Part shown: positions 25,546 through 34,975 of the stretch, one piece after another
Layout: each line of letters starts with the position of its first letter
Numbering within the stretch: position 1 is the stretch's first letter
Origin: Solirubrobacteraceae bacterium
GTDB taxonomy: Bacteria > Actinomycetota > Thermoleophilia > Solirubrobacterales > Solirubrobacteraceae
Reading direction: 5' to 3'
Assembly (NCBI GenBank): GCA_036271095.1
Contig: DATBBG010000060.1
Coordinates: 16,253 to 80,252, forward strand
DNA length: 64,000 bases
Translations under genes and position numbers: made by a program
Notes under the pieces: model-generated
What the model saw: only the letters and a program-made list of their open reading frames with translations
Databases searched by the model: none
What the model was told of the DNA's origin: nothing

Positions 25546-27132
25546 CTAGGGAACGCGCGAGACCGAGCCGGTCGCGGCCAGCCGCACCGTCCAGCTCTGC
25601 TCGGCGACGATCGTGCCGCCGGATTGGACGACGACGCCGACGCGCACGCGCAAGCGCCCGAGCGCTCGCAGCAGCGCCGCTGCGTGCTCGGTCAGCGGGA
25701 TCCGCACGTGCGCGCCTTGGCCGCCGCGCAGCTGCACAAGCGCCGAGCCGAGCAGCGCCGGCGTGTGGCCGAAGCCGCTCGCCGAGCCGTGTGCCGGGCC
25801 GCTCGCGACGATGTAGCTCAGCGCTTCGCAGCCGTTCGTGCCGGTCGGGCACTGCACGTCGGCGCCCGGGTCGAGCGTCCTGTGCCCGAGCAGCGTGTAG
25901 AGACGAGGAGCGCGCGCTGCCGTCAGCGTCGCCGGGCTGAGGAGGTCGCGTTCGTCGGTGGGCGCAAGCGAGGCGGCGAGCGGCGGCGGCGCGGGGCTCG
26001 CCGAGTCGCCCGGCGCGAATGTGGCCGAGGCCGTCGCGAGCGAGGATTCGCTGGCGCCGCGCACGCCGATCCCATCGAACCCGGCGACGCCGATCGCCGG
26101 CGCGTTCGTGATGAACAGCAGCGATGCGTCCTTCTCGCCGAGCGTCGTCGGCTGGAAGCCGACCGTGATCGCGCACGATTCGGCCGGGTAGAGGATCTGC
26201 CCGCTGCACGAGTCCGACAGCACCGGAAACATCAGCGGCGTCCCCGAGACGAGGAACGTTCGCTGGATCAGCAGCGGGTAGTCGCCGGTGTTGCTCACGC
26301 CGAGCATCTGCTGCGCGGAGGAGCCGAGCGCGACGTCGCCGAGCAGCGCCTGCGTCGTGCTCAGGCTGAGCTTCGGCCCGTTCAAGCCTTCGCCTTGCAG
26401 CGGCACGACGAGCGGCCCGCTCTGCGAGTCGCTGTCGATCACGAGCGACGCGCTCTTCGGGCCGATCGAGGTCGGCTGGAAGCGGACGCCGACGCTGCAC
26501 GAGTTGTTCGTTCCGAGCACGTCGCCGTCGCCGCAGTCGTATTGGACCGAGAACGATGACGCGTCGGCGCCGACGATGCTTGTCGAGGCGATTCGCGTGC
26601 TCGCGTTGGCGCTGTTCTGGATCTGCACCTGTTCGCTCTCGCTGTTTTCACCTTCGTTGTGCGTGCCCGGCGCCGTGTACGGGATCGCCGAGAAGCTGAG
26701 CGGGTCGGGCCCGGCCGTGAGCGTGCCGGTTGCAGAGTCGCCCGAGAGCGGCACCTCGAGCGGGCCTTCGCTGGTCGCAAGCGCGAGCGTCGCGCTGTGC
26801 GCGCCACGCGCGCTGCCCGCTTCGAAGACGATTTCGACCGAGCAGCCCTGGCCCATTTCGAGCTGGTCGCCCGTGCAGTTGTCGCCGACGATCTGAAAGC
26901 TTGCGGCTTCGGCGCCTTCGACTTTCGCCGACTCGACCGCCGTCGGCGCGATTGGGCTCGTGCCGAAGAAGTTCACGCTCTGGCGCGGGCTGCCTCCGTA
27001 GTGGAAGTCGACTTCGCCGAATTCGAGCTGGCCCGGCGACGCCGACAGGCCAACGCCGGCGAGCGCTGGAGCGGCGGCGAGCAGCACGCCGAGCAGCGTC
27101 ACGGACGAGATCAATGCGGCGCGCTTGAACAT
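25546..27132 (-). CDS. Secreted protein with about 3 choice-of-anchor D (ASH/Hydin-like Ig) domains
   Basis: Signal peptide; repeats F....D.C.G..L....SC...V.F.PT..G.K.ASL. Confidence 0.8.
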   Translation of the reverse strand: MFKRAALISSVTLLGVLLAAAPALAGVGLSASPGQLEFGEVDFHYGGSPRQSVNFFGTSPIAPTAVESAKVEGAEAASFQIVGDNCTGDQLEMGQGCSVEIVFEAGSARGAHSATLALATSEGPLEVPLSGDSATGTLTAGPDPLSFSAIPYTAPGTHNEGENSESEQVQIQNSANASTRIASTSIVGADASSFSVQYDCGDGDVLGTNNSCSVGVRFQPTSIGPKSASLVIDSDSQSGPLVVPLQGEGLNGPKLSLSTTQALLGDVALGSSAQQMLGVSNTGDYPLLIQRTFLVSGTPLMFPVLSDSCSGQILYPAESCAITVGFQPTTLGEKDASLLFITNAPAIGVAGFDGIGVRGASESSLATASATFAPGDSASPAPPPLAASLAPTDERDLLSPATLTAARAPRLYTLLGHRTLDPGADVQCPTGTNGCEALSYIVASGPAHGSASGFGHTPALLGSALVQLRGGQGAHVRIPLTEHAAALLRALGRLRVRVGVVVQSGGTIVAEQSWTVRLAATGSVSRVP

Positions 27133-27326
27133 CTTTACCCCCGGCTCGTGATGCCGGTCGTCTACGAGGACGATCCGGCGGTGACGGCCTGTCTCGACTG
27201 ATCGCAGCGCCCGCGTGAGCGCTGCACGCCGGCTCGGCATCGGCTCCGACGATCGATCGCTGCTGCCTGCGAGCGTGTGCTAGTCATGCGGGATGGCTCC
27301 AAGCGTGATCGTGTCGGGCGTGCGCG

Positions 27327-28733
27327 ATGCGCGCTGAGCTTGCGCGGCTGATCGGCGCCGAGCACGTCCTCGACGCTCCGGCCGACTCGCCTTACAACGC
27401 CGACGCGGCGCGCCGACGCGGGCTCGTCGGGCGCGCTGATGCGGTCGCGCTGCCGGGTAGCGCCGAGGAGGTGGCTGCAGTAGTGCGCTGGTGCTACGCG
27501 CACGACGTCGCGATCGTGCCGCGCGGCGGCGGCACCGGCGTGCTCGGCGGCGCCGTGCCGAGCGAAGGCGGCGTCGTGCTCTCGCTCGAGCGCCTGCGCC
27601 GCGTGCGCGAGCTCGAGCCGGCGCTGTGGCGAATCTACCCCGAGGCTGGTCTCAGCACGCGCGACGTACAGCGCCTGGCGCGCGAGAACGGGCTGTTCTT
27701 CGGCCCCGACCCGGGCGCCGCCGAGCAGTCGCAGATCGGCGGCAACGTCGCGACGAACGCAGGCGGGCCGCACGCCTTCAAGCACGGCGTGACCGGCGCC
27801 TGGGTGACCGGCCTGGAGGTCGTGCTCGCTCCGGGCGAGCTCGTGCAGCTGGGCGGCTGGGCGCGCAAGGACGTCGCCGGCTACGACCTCAAGAGCCTCT
27901 TGATCGGATCGGAGGGGACGCTCGGCGTGATCACGGCCGTGCGCCTGCGCCTGCTGCCGGCGCCGGAAGCCGAGCTGACGCTCGTCGTCTTCCTGCGCGA
28001 TCGCGCGTCCGGTTGCGAGGCGATGCTCGACGTGCTGGGTGCCGGCATCGTGCCGGCGGCGCTCGACTTCCTCGACGGCGAGACGCTTGCGCTCGTGCGC
28101 GGCGGCTACCCCGGCGAGGTGCCCGACGATGCGGGCTTCGCGCTGCTGATCGAGCTCGACGGCTCGCGCGGCGAGGTCGAGCGCGAGCGCGAGGAGCTGA
28201 TCGAAGCGCTCGGCGAGACGTCGATCGCGATCGAGCGCCCGCCGGACGCGGCGGCGCTGTGGCGCTGGCGCGACGGCTTCAACGGCGTCGTCTCGGGCGC
28301 GCGCGGCGCGAAGGTCAGCGAGGACGTCGCGTTCCCGATCGAGCGCCTGCAGGAGGCGCTCGAGCGCTTCGAGCAGATCGCCGCGCGCCACGGCCTGCGC
28401 TCCTGCGGCTGGGGTCACGGCGGCGACGGCAACGTCCACGCGACCGTGCTCGTCGACCCGAGCGCCGAGGTCGAGCTGGACGCAGCTGACGCCGTCGGCG
28501 CCGAGCTGTTTGCGCTCGTGCGCGAGCTCGGCGGCTCGATCGCAGCCGAGCACGGAGTCGGGCTGCTCAAGAGCGGGCTGCTCGCCGCGCAGTGGGATCG
28601 GCCCACGTTGCAGTTGCACGAAGAGATCAAGCGCGTATTCGATCCGAAGGGGTTGCTCAACCCGAGCAAGAAGCTCGCGCGCCCGGCGCCTGCCGACGTG
28701 AGCGATTCGCCGCCGCCGCCGGCCGCGAGCTGA
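27327..28733 (+). CDS. FAD-linked oxidase, GlcD/D-2-hydroxyacid dehydrogenase family
   Basis: VPRGGGTG, SQIGGNVATNAGG, IGSEGTLGVIT, GHGGDGNVH, AEHGVG, FDPKGLLNP. Confidence 0.92.
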   Translation: MRAELARLIGAEHVLDAPADSPYNADAARRRGLVGRADAVALPGSAEEVAAVVRWCYAHDVAIVPRGGGTGVLGGAVPSEGGVVLSLERLRRVRELEPALWRIYPEAGLSTRDVQRLARENGLFFGPDPGAAEQSQIGGNVATNAGGPHAFKHGVTGAWVTGLEVVLAPGELVQLGGWARKDVAGYDLKSLLIGSEGTLGVITAVRLRLLPAPEAELTLVVFLRDRASGCEAMLDVLGAGIVPAALDFLDGETLALVRGGYPGEVPDDAGFALLIELDGSRGEVEREREELIEALGETSIAIERPPDAAALWRWRDGFNGVVSGARGAKVSEDVAFPIERLQEALERFEQIAARHGLRSCGWGHGGDGNVHATVLVDPSAEVELDAADAVGAELFALVRELGGSIAAEHGVGLLKSGLLAAQWDRPTLQLHEEIKRVFDPKGLLNPSKKLARPAPADVSDSPPPPAAS

Positions 28734-28748
28734 GAGGATGCGCTCGCG

Positions 28749-30047
28749 ATGAGGCTCGTCAGCGAGCTCGACCTGCCGAGCTTCGACCACACCGACGCGG
28801 CGATGCGCGGCGAGCGCTTCCATCGCGCGATCGCCGACGTGCGCGCGCACGGCTGGCTCGCGAGCAGCCCGTTCGGCTACATGACGCTCGATCGCGAGGC
28901 CGGCGAGTTCTTCCTGCGCACGCGCTCGGCGATCTTCCCTGGGATGAAGATCGCCGAGATCTTCGGCGTCACCGACGGCCCGCTGTACGAGCAGATGCGC
29001 CGCAACATCCTGCACGTCAACGGCGCCGATCACACGCGCCTGCGCAGCCTCGTCAACCCGGCGCTGTCGCCGCGCGCCGTCGAGCGCTACCGACCGGCGA
29101 TGCGCGAGTTCCTCGAGCAGCTGCTCGCGCAGGCCGTCGTCGCCTCGCGCGCCGCGCATGCGCCGGACGCAGGCGACCCGACCGGCGTCGACGGCGCCGG
29201 CGAGGAGATCCACTGCGACTTCGTCGAGGCCTTCGCCAAGCCGTACCCGTCGCTGGCGATCGCGACCGTGATGGGCGCGCCACTCGCCGACGCGCCACGC
29301 CTGCACCACTGGTCGAACGTGATCCAGCGCCAGTTCGACGCGGTCAGCATGGCAAGCGAGATCGACGTGATCACGGAGGCCGTCGAGCAGTTCTACGAGT
29401 ACGCCTACGCGCTCGTGCGCGCGCGCCGCGAGGATCCGCGCGACGACCTGATCTCGAAGCTGATCGCAGCCGCTGATCCGGCCCGCCCACCCGAGCGGCT
29501 GAGCGACGTCGAGTGCATAAACGTCGTCTTCAACGTGCTCGTCGGCGGCGTCGACACGAGCCAGAGCCAGCTCGCACACGCGATCAGGCTGCTCGCCGAA
29601 CGCCCCGATCAGTGGGCGCTGCTCGCCGACGATCCGTCGCTTGCGCCGCGCGCCGTCGAGGAGGCGCTGCGCTACGAGCCGATCACGCCGTTCACGGCGC
29701 GCATCCTCGTCGAGGACGTCGAGTTCCGCGACGTGAAGTTCCCCGAGGGCACGATCGTGATGGTCTGCGCGTTCACCGGCAACCGCGACCTCGCGCCGGA
29801 CGCGGCCGGCGAGCGCGGAGCCGACGCCTTCGACATCACCGCCGAGCGCGCACGCGAGCGACCGCTGACGTTCGGCGCCGGCGTGCACTACTGCCTCGGC
29901 GCAAACCTCGCGCGCGTCGAGCTGCAAGAGGGCCTCGCGTTCCTCTCGCAGAGCCTGCGCCGCCTGCGACTCGACGGCGAGCCGTCGTTCGAGGGCGTCT
30001 CCGGCATCTACGGCCTCGCCGAGCTGCCGATCGCGTTCTCACTATGA
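28749..30047 (+). CDS. Cytochrome P450
   Basis: HTRLRSLV, I-helix GGVDTS, EEALRYEP (ExxR), heme motif FGAGVHYCLG. Confidence 0.95.
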   Translation: MRLVSELDLPSFDHTDAAMRGERFHRAIADVRAHGWLASSPFGYMTLDREAGEFFLRTRSAIFPGMKIAEIFGVTDGPLYEQMRRNILHVNGADHTRLRSLVNPALSPRAVERYRPAMREFLEQLLAQAVVASRAAHAPDAGDPTGVDGAGEEIHCDFVEAFAKPYPSLAIATVMGAPLADAPRLHHWSNVIQRQFDAVSMASEIDVITEAVEQFYEYAYALVRARREDPRDDLISKLIAAADPARPPERLSDVECINVVFNVLVGGVDTSQSQLAHAIRLLAERPDQWALLADDPSLAPRAVEEALRYEPITPFTARILVEDVEFRDVKFPEGTIVMVCAFTGNRDLAPDAAGERGADAFDITAERARERPLTFGAGVHYCLGANLARVELQEGLAFLSQSLRRLRLDGEPSFEGVSGIYGLAELPIAFSL

Positions 30048-30135
30048 CGCTGGAGACACCGTTTGCCCTCGTCGCGCTCGCGATCGAAAATGCGGAGGGG
30101 GGGCATGAGGCCTCCTCCGGCGACATACAGGTGCG

Positions 30136-31812
30136 ATGGTTGGAAAGGTCTTCAATGCTGCGCTCGCCACGAGCCTCGTGCTCGGTGCTCTAGCCGCGAG
30201 CGCACACGCCGGCACGTACCACGTGTACTCGTGCCGGACGCCTGATGGGGAAGTGGCTCCGGTGGATGGGTGGAGTGGGTCTGTCGCGGCCGGAGGTGCG
30301 TTCGACGATTTCGCGCTGAATACGTGCGCGGAAGGCGGAGCGTTGGTTGCGGCGCTCGGGGATCAGACGATTCATGCGTCCCAGATCGATCAGGCGACCT
30401 GGACGTTTTCCGGCGCGTCGAGCGAGCATCTGGTCGATGCCACGCTCTGGCGCGCTGGCTATCTCCGCGGTCAAGCCAGCGAAAACACGACCTATCAGTT
30501 CTGGATGGCGGGGCCTAGCGAAAACGTACCGTTCGACGAATGCATCTTCACTCTGGGCTGCCAAGGGCAGGGCAGTTCTGGCGATCCGCTCGGCTCAGAA
30601 AATCGGGTCGTCGTCCCGGCTGCTTCTTTGGGTTCGCATCTGTACGTGACCGTCAACTGCGGCGTTGTGGAGAGTCGCTACTGCCAGCCGAACTCCGGCG
30701 ACCCCAACGGCTACGCCGCCGCCCTCTACCTCTACGCCGCCGACCTCGTCCTCGAACAGCCCGAAGGCCCGCATGCGAGCAACGTCGGCGGTGAACTGGC
30801 TGGCGCTGCGACCGTGCGTGGGTCCAGCGACGTCACGTTCGATGCGAGCGATCCGGGCTCGGGCGTCTATGAGGCGGTCTTCAGCGTCGACGGCGAGGTC
30901 GTCCAGCGCACGGTGCTCGACGCCAACGGCGGCCGCTGCCGCGACGTCGGTCAGACGACGGACGGGACGGCGGCGTTTCTGTACGTGCAGCCGTGCCTCG
31001 CATCGGTCAGCGCCGATGTGCCGTTTGACTCGACGGACGTAGCCAACGGCACGCATCATCTGCTCGTCAGCGTGATCGACGCGGCCGGCAACTCGGCTCC
31101 GGTGCTCGATCGGACAGTGACGGTCGAGAACCCTGCGGCGCCTGGAGCGCCCGGTCCGCCGAACGGCGTCAATGCGTCGGCACAGGCGGCGCTGGCGGTG
31201 CGCTGGAAGGACTCGCGTAAGGCGCAGCTGATCAGCGGATATGGCCGCGAGCACCTCGTGACCGGTCAGTTGACGGCGCTCGGCGGCGCGCCGATCACGG
31301 GCGCGGCGATCGAACTGCACGCGACGCCTGCGTACGCCGGAGCGAAGTCGATCTCGATGTCGAGCCTGCGTACGGATGCGAACGGGCGCTTCAGCGTGCG
31401 CCTGCCGGGAGGCGTCTCCTCGCGCACGTTGCGCTTCGCCTATCGCGACCACCTCGGCGACGCGCTGCCATCGGCGACGGGCACGCTTCGGCTCAGCGTC
31501 CATGCAGGCATTGCCTTGAGCGTCTCGCCGCACGAGGCTCACCTCGGCTCGACGATCTTCTTCCGCGGGCGCCTGCGCGGCGGGCCGGTGCCGGCGACGG
31601 GCAAGCAGCTCGTGCTCGAGGCACGCTCGCCGGGGAGCGCGTGGATCGAGTTCAAGGTCGTGCGCGCGAATACGCGCGGGCGTTTTCGCGCGTTCTACCG
31701 CTTCAAGTTCGCCGGCCCAGCCGACTACGCTTTTCGCGCTCGCTCCGAACCGGAAGCCGACTATCCGTTCGCCGCCGGCGCGTCGGACGTCGTCGCCGTG
31801 CACGAGCGCTAA
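30136..31812 (+). CDS. Secreted multi-domain protein (Cys-containing N-terminal domain, Ig-like domains, basic C-terminal domain)
   Basis: Signal peptide AASAHA-GTY; ASDPGSGV, DAAGN and TDANGRF Ig-like motifs. Confidence 0.78.
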   Translation: MVGKVFNAALATSLVLGALAASAHAGTYHVYSCRTPDGEVAPVDGWSGSVAAGGAFDDFALNTCAEGGALVAALGDQTIHASQIDQATWTFSGASSEHLVDATLWRAGYLRGQASENTTYQFWMAGPSENVPFDECIFTLGCQGQGSSGDPLGSENRVVVPAASLGSHLYVTVNCGVVESRYCQPNSGDPNGYAAALYLYAADLVLEQPEGPHASNVGGELAGAATVRGSSDVTFDASDPGSGVYEAVFSVDGEVVQRTVLDANGGRCRDVGQTTDGTAAFLYVQPCLASVSADVPFDSTDVANGTHHLLVSVIDAAGNSAPVLDRTVTVENPAAPGAPGPPNGVNASAQAALAVRWKDSRKAQLISGYGREHLVTGQLTALGGAPITGAAIELHATPAYAGAKSISMSSLRTDANGRFSVRLPGGVSSRTLRFAYRDHLGDALPSATGTLRLSVHAGIALSVSPHEAHLGSTIFFRGRLRGGPVPATGKQLVLEARSPGSAWIEFKVVRANTRGRFRAFYRFKFAGPADYAFRARSEPEADYPFAAGASDVVAVHER

Positions 31813-31920
31813 AGCAAATTCTTATCCGCCGATGTGATCGTGACGCTACCTGGCGGTCTCGGCGGGGTTATCGACTCGTCGGTTTCGATTCTCCCCGTCG
31901 CGGCGAAACATAGGAGGAAG

Positions 31921-33702
31921 ATGCGCAAGAGTGGACGGATGAGGGTGGGTGGGGCGTGTGCGCTGGTCGCCGCGTTGTTCGCGTCGAGCGCTGCGCTCGC
32001 AGCCTTTTCGTCGAGCGCGTTCGCGCTGACGATCTCGCCGCTGAACGGGACGCCGGACGCATCTCCGGATACGCAGATCAGCTTTCTCGGCGCGCCGGCG
32101 AGCCAGATCTCGAACGTCTCGGTCGTCGGCTCGCGCAGCGGCCATCACAGCGGCAGCCTGCGCTCCTACGCGAGCGCGACCGGCGCCAGCTTCCTGCCGG
32201 CGCGCGGCTTCACCGAAGGTGAGCGCGTGACCGTGGCGGCATCTGTCGGCACGCGCGGCCACAGCGCGCGCGTCGGCACGAGCTTCACCGTCGCGCGCCT
32301 GGTCAGCTATCCGCTGCCGGCCGCGAAGACGCCGCCCGCGGCAAAGCCGGGCGCAAACCAGAGCTTCGCCTCGGCGCCGACGCTGCAGCCGCCGACGGTC
32401 TCGCTCACGGCCACCCCGGAAGCGGCGACGGGCAGCGACATCTTCATGACGACCGACTCCAACTACGGCCAGAACGGCGCGATAATCATCGACGGCTCCG
32501 GTCGGCTGGTCTGGTTCCAGCCGGCTGCGAAGGGCAACGCGGTCGAGGATCTACAGGTGCAGAGCTACGCCGGCAAACCGGTGCTGACCTATTGGCAGGG
32601 TCACATCGACCTCGGCGTCGGCTTCGGCTCGGACACGATCCTCGGCACGAACTACAGGCCGATCGCGTCGGTGACGGCCGGCAACGGCTATTACGCAGAC
32701 CTGCACGAGCTGAAGCTGACCGCGCAAGGGTCGGCGTACGTGTCGGCCTACACGCTCGTGCGAGCGGATCTCTCCTCGGTCGGCGGCTCGCGTGACGGCG
32801 CGCTGCAGGACGCGATCGTGCAGCAGGTCGATGTCAAGACGGGACTGGTGATGTTCGAGTGGCACGCCTACGGGCACGTCGCGCTAGCCGATTCCTACGC
32901 GAGATCGCCGTCCGACCCGAACCGCCCGTGGGACTTCTTCCACTTGAACTCGATCTCGGCCGATCCGTGGGGCGACGGAAACTTCCTGATCTCCTCGCGC
33001 AACACGTGGACGCTCTACGAGATCAACCATCAGAGCGGCTCGATCCTCTGGCGGATCGGTGGCAAGAAGTCGAGCTTCCACATGGACGCCGGAACAGGCA
33101 CGGCCTATCAGCACGACGCGCGCTGGCAGCCGGATCACACGATCACGGTCTTCGACAACGGCGCCGTGCCCAAGGCGCACTCGCAGTCGCGAGCGATTCG
33201 CGAGCAGATCGACTTCAAGCACCGCACGGTCAAGCTGGTCGGCCGCGACGTGCGCACGCCGCCGCTGCTGTCGGGCAGCCAGGGCGACAACCAGGTGCAG
33301 CCGAACGGCAACGTCTTCGTCGGCTGGGGCGAAGAGCCGTACTTCACCGAATTCAACGCGGCCGGGCAGATCGTGCTCGACGGGCACCTGCCGGCGCCTG
33401 CGCAGAGCTATCGCGCGTTCCGCTTCCCATGGAGCGCGACGCCCGCAACGCCGCCGGCGATCGCGCTGAAGAGCGAAGCGGCCTCGACGCTCGTCTACGC
33501 GAGCTGGAACGGCGCCACCGGCGTAGCCGCATGGCGCGTGCTCGCGGGACCGACGCCGGCGGCGCTCAGCACGGTCGCGCAGGTACCGTCGAGCGGCTTC
33601 GAGACGGCGATCCCGACGCCGAGCGTCGCACCGGTCTTCGCCGTTCAGGCGCTCGGCGCCGGCGGTGAAGTGCTCGCCAACTCGCACGCCGTCGCACGCT
33701 GA
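31921..33702 (+). CDS. Secreted arylsulfotransferase (ASST, Arylsulfotran_2-like)
   Basis: AGGAGG RBS, signal peptide, LTYWQG, DLHEL, DFFHLNSI, ISSRNT, YQHDA, FDNG, SQGD, VYASWNGAT. Confidence 0.88.
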   Translation: MRKSGRMRVGGACALVAALFASSAALAAFSSSAFALTISPLNGTPDASPDTQISFLGAPASQISNVSVVGSRSGHHSGSLRSYASATGASFLPARGFTEGERVTVAASVGTRGHSARVGTSFTVARLVSYPLPAAKTPPAAKPGANQSFASAPTLQPPTVSLTATPEAATGSDIFMTTDSNYGQNGAIIIDGSGRLVWFQPAAKGNAVEDLQVQSYAGKPVLTYWQGHIDLGVGFGSDTILGTNYRPIASVTAGNGYYADLHELKLTAQGSAYVSAYTLVRADLSSVGGSRDGALQDAIVQQVDVKTGLVMFEWHAYGHVALADSYARSPSDPNRPWDFFHLNSISADPWGDGNFLISSRNTWTLYEINHQSGSILWRIGGKKSSFHMDAGTGTAYQHDARWQPDHTITVFDNGAVPKAHSQSRAIREQIDFKHRTVKLVGRDVRTPPLLSGSQGDNQVQPNGNVFVGWGEEPYFTEFNAAGQIVLDGHLPAPAQSYRAFRFPWSATPATPPAIALKSEAASTLVYASWNGATGVAAWRVLAGPTPAALSTVAQVPSSGFETAIPTPSVAPVFAVQALGAGGEVLANSHAVAR

Positions 33703-33820
33703 GCCGACGAGCGAGGATCCGCGCGCCGCGTGTCGGCCGAGTCCGCGCGCCGCGTGCAGGTCGGCCGGAGCGAGTGACTCGCCGCTCACTCTCACGGTCG
33801 GCCGCCTCGCCTAGTCTTGC

Positions 33821-34975
33821 GTGCACGTGAGCGCGGACCTACCCAGCCGCATCGGGATCAACGCGATGTTCTTGGAGCCACGGATGGGCGGGCTCGACAC
33901 GTACGTGCGAGCGCTCGTCCCGGCGATGCGCAAGCTTGCGCCGGACGTTCGCTTCGTCGTCTACTGCAGCTCCGGCGGTCGCGACTACTTGCGCGAGGAG
34001 GATGGTTTCGGTGATCTCGAGCTGATCGTGCCGCCGCTGTTCGGCCGTCGCGGGTTGAAGGCGATCGGCGAGTTGACCGCGCTTGGCGTGATCGCCGGAC
34101 GCGACGTCGAACTGCTGCACAGCGTGGCGCTGACGGCGCCGTTGAGGACGCGCGCAATCAACGTCGTGACGCTGGCCGACGTCACGTGGATCGTCGCGCC
34201 CGACCCCGGCGAGCGATGGACGGCCGGGCTCTGGCGCCTCGTCGTCCCGCCTGTTGCGCGTCGCGCCGACCGTGTCCTCGTGCTGACGCATGCCGGCGCC
34301 GAGCACGTCCACGAGCATCTAGGCGTCGAGCCGGAGAAGATCGACGTCGTGCCGCTTGCGGCACGCGCCGAGAACCTGCCGCCGCCGACTCCTGCCGCCG
34401 AGCTGCGTGCGCGACTCGGGTTGAGTGAGGGACCATTGGTACTGACCGTTTCGGCGAAGAAGGTCCACAAGAACCTCGAGCGGCTCGTCCGCTCGATGGT
34501 GCCGATTGCCAAGCGGTGGCCGGACACGATGCTCGTGATGCCCGGCAACCCGACGGCGCACGAGCAGGACTTGCGCGAGCTGGCCGAGCAGCTTGGCATC
34601 GCCGCGAACGTCGCTTATCCGGCATACGTCGACGCGGCGGACCTCGAGGGCCTCTATGCGCTTGCAGCGTGCTTCGTCTTCGCGTCGATCAATGAGGGCT
34701 TTGGCATCCCGATCCTCGAGGCGATGCGGCGCGGAGTCCCGGTCGCCTGCTCGCGAGCTTCGGCGCTGCCGGAGGTCGCCGGCGATGCGGCACGCTACTT
34801 CGATCCGTACAGCGTCGCCGAGATCGCCGATGCGCTTGCTGCGCTGATCGGCGATCGCGACGAAGCCGAGCGTCTGGCGACGCTCGGTCACGAGCGCGAG
34901 CGGTCGTTCACGTGGCAGGCCACGGCGCGCGGAACGCTCGCGAGCTACGCGCGCGCATCGCGAGAGCAGGCGTGA
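33821..34975 (+). CDS. Glycosyltransferase family 4 (GT-B)
   Basis: HKNL, EGFGIPILEAM..G.PVACS..ALPEVAGDA, FTW. Confidence 0.92.
   Translation: MHVSADLPSRIGINAMFLEPRMGGLDTYVRALVPAMRKLAPDVRFVVYCSSGGRDYLREEDGFGDLELIVPPLFGRRGLKAIGELTALGVIAGRDVELLHSVALTAPLRTRAINVVTLADVTWIVAPDPGERWTAGLWRLVVPPVARRADRVLVLTHAGAEHVHEHLGVEPEKIDVVPLAARAENLPPPTPAAELRARLGLSEGPLVLTVSAKKVHKNLERLVRSMVPIAKRWPDTMLVMPGNPTAHEQDLRELAEQLGIAANVAYPAYVDAADLEGLYALAACFVFASINEGFGIPILEAMRRGVPVACSRASALPEVAGDAARYFDPYSVAEIADALAALIGDRDEAERLATLGHERERSFTWQATARGTLASYARASREQA

Noticed and set aside
27162-29927. 921-aa minus-strand ORF
   Set aside because: Antisense shadow of the FAD oxidase and P450 genes; no motifs; typical of high-GC DNA
31855-31910. 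Possible riboswitch upstream of the third ASST (ggcgggg/ccccgtc and gtttcg/cgaaac pairings)
   Set aside because: The stems are short, expected by chance at this GC content, and match no riboswitch consensus I recognise; an Infernal/Rfam scan would settle it
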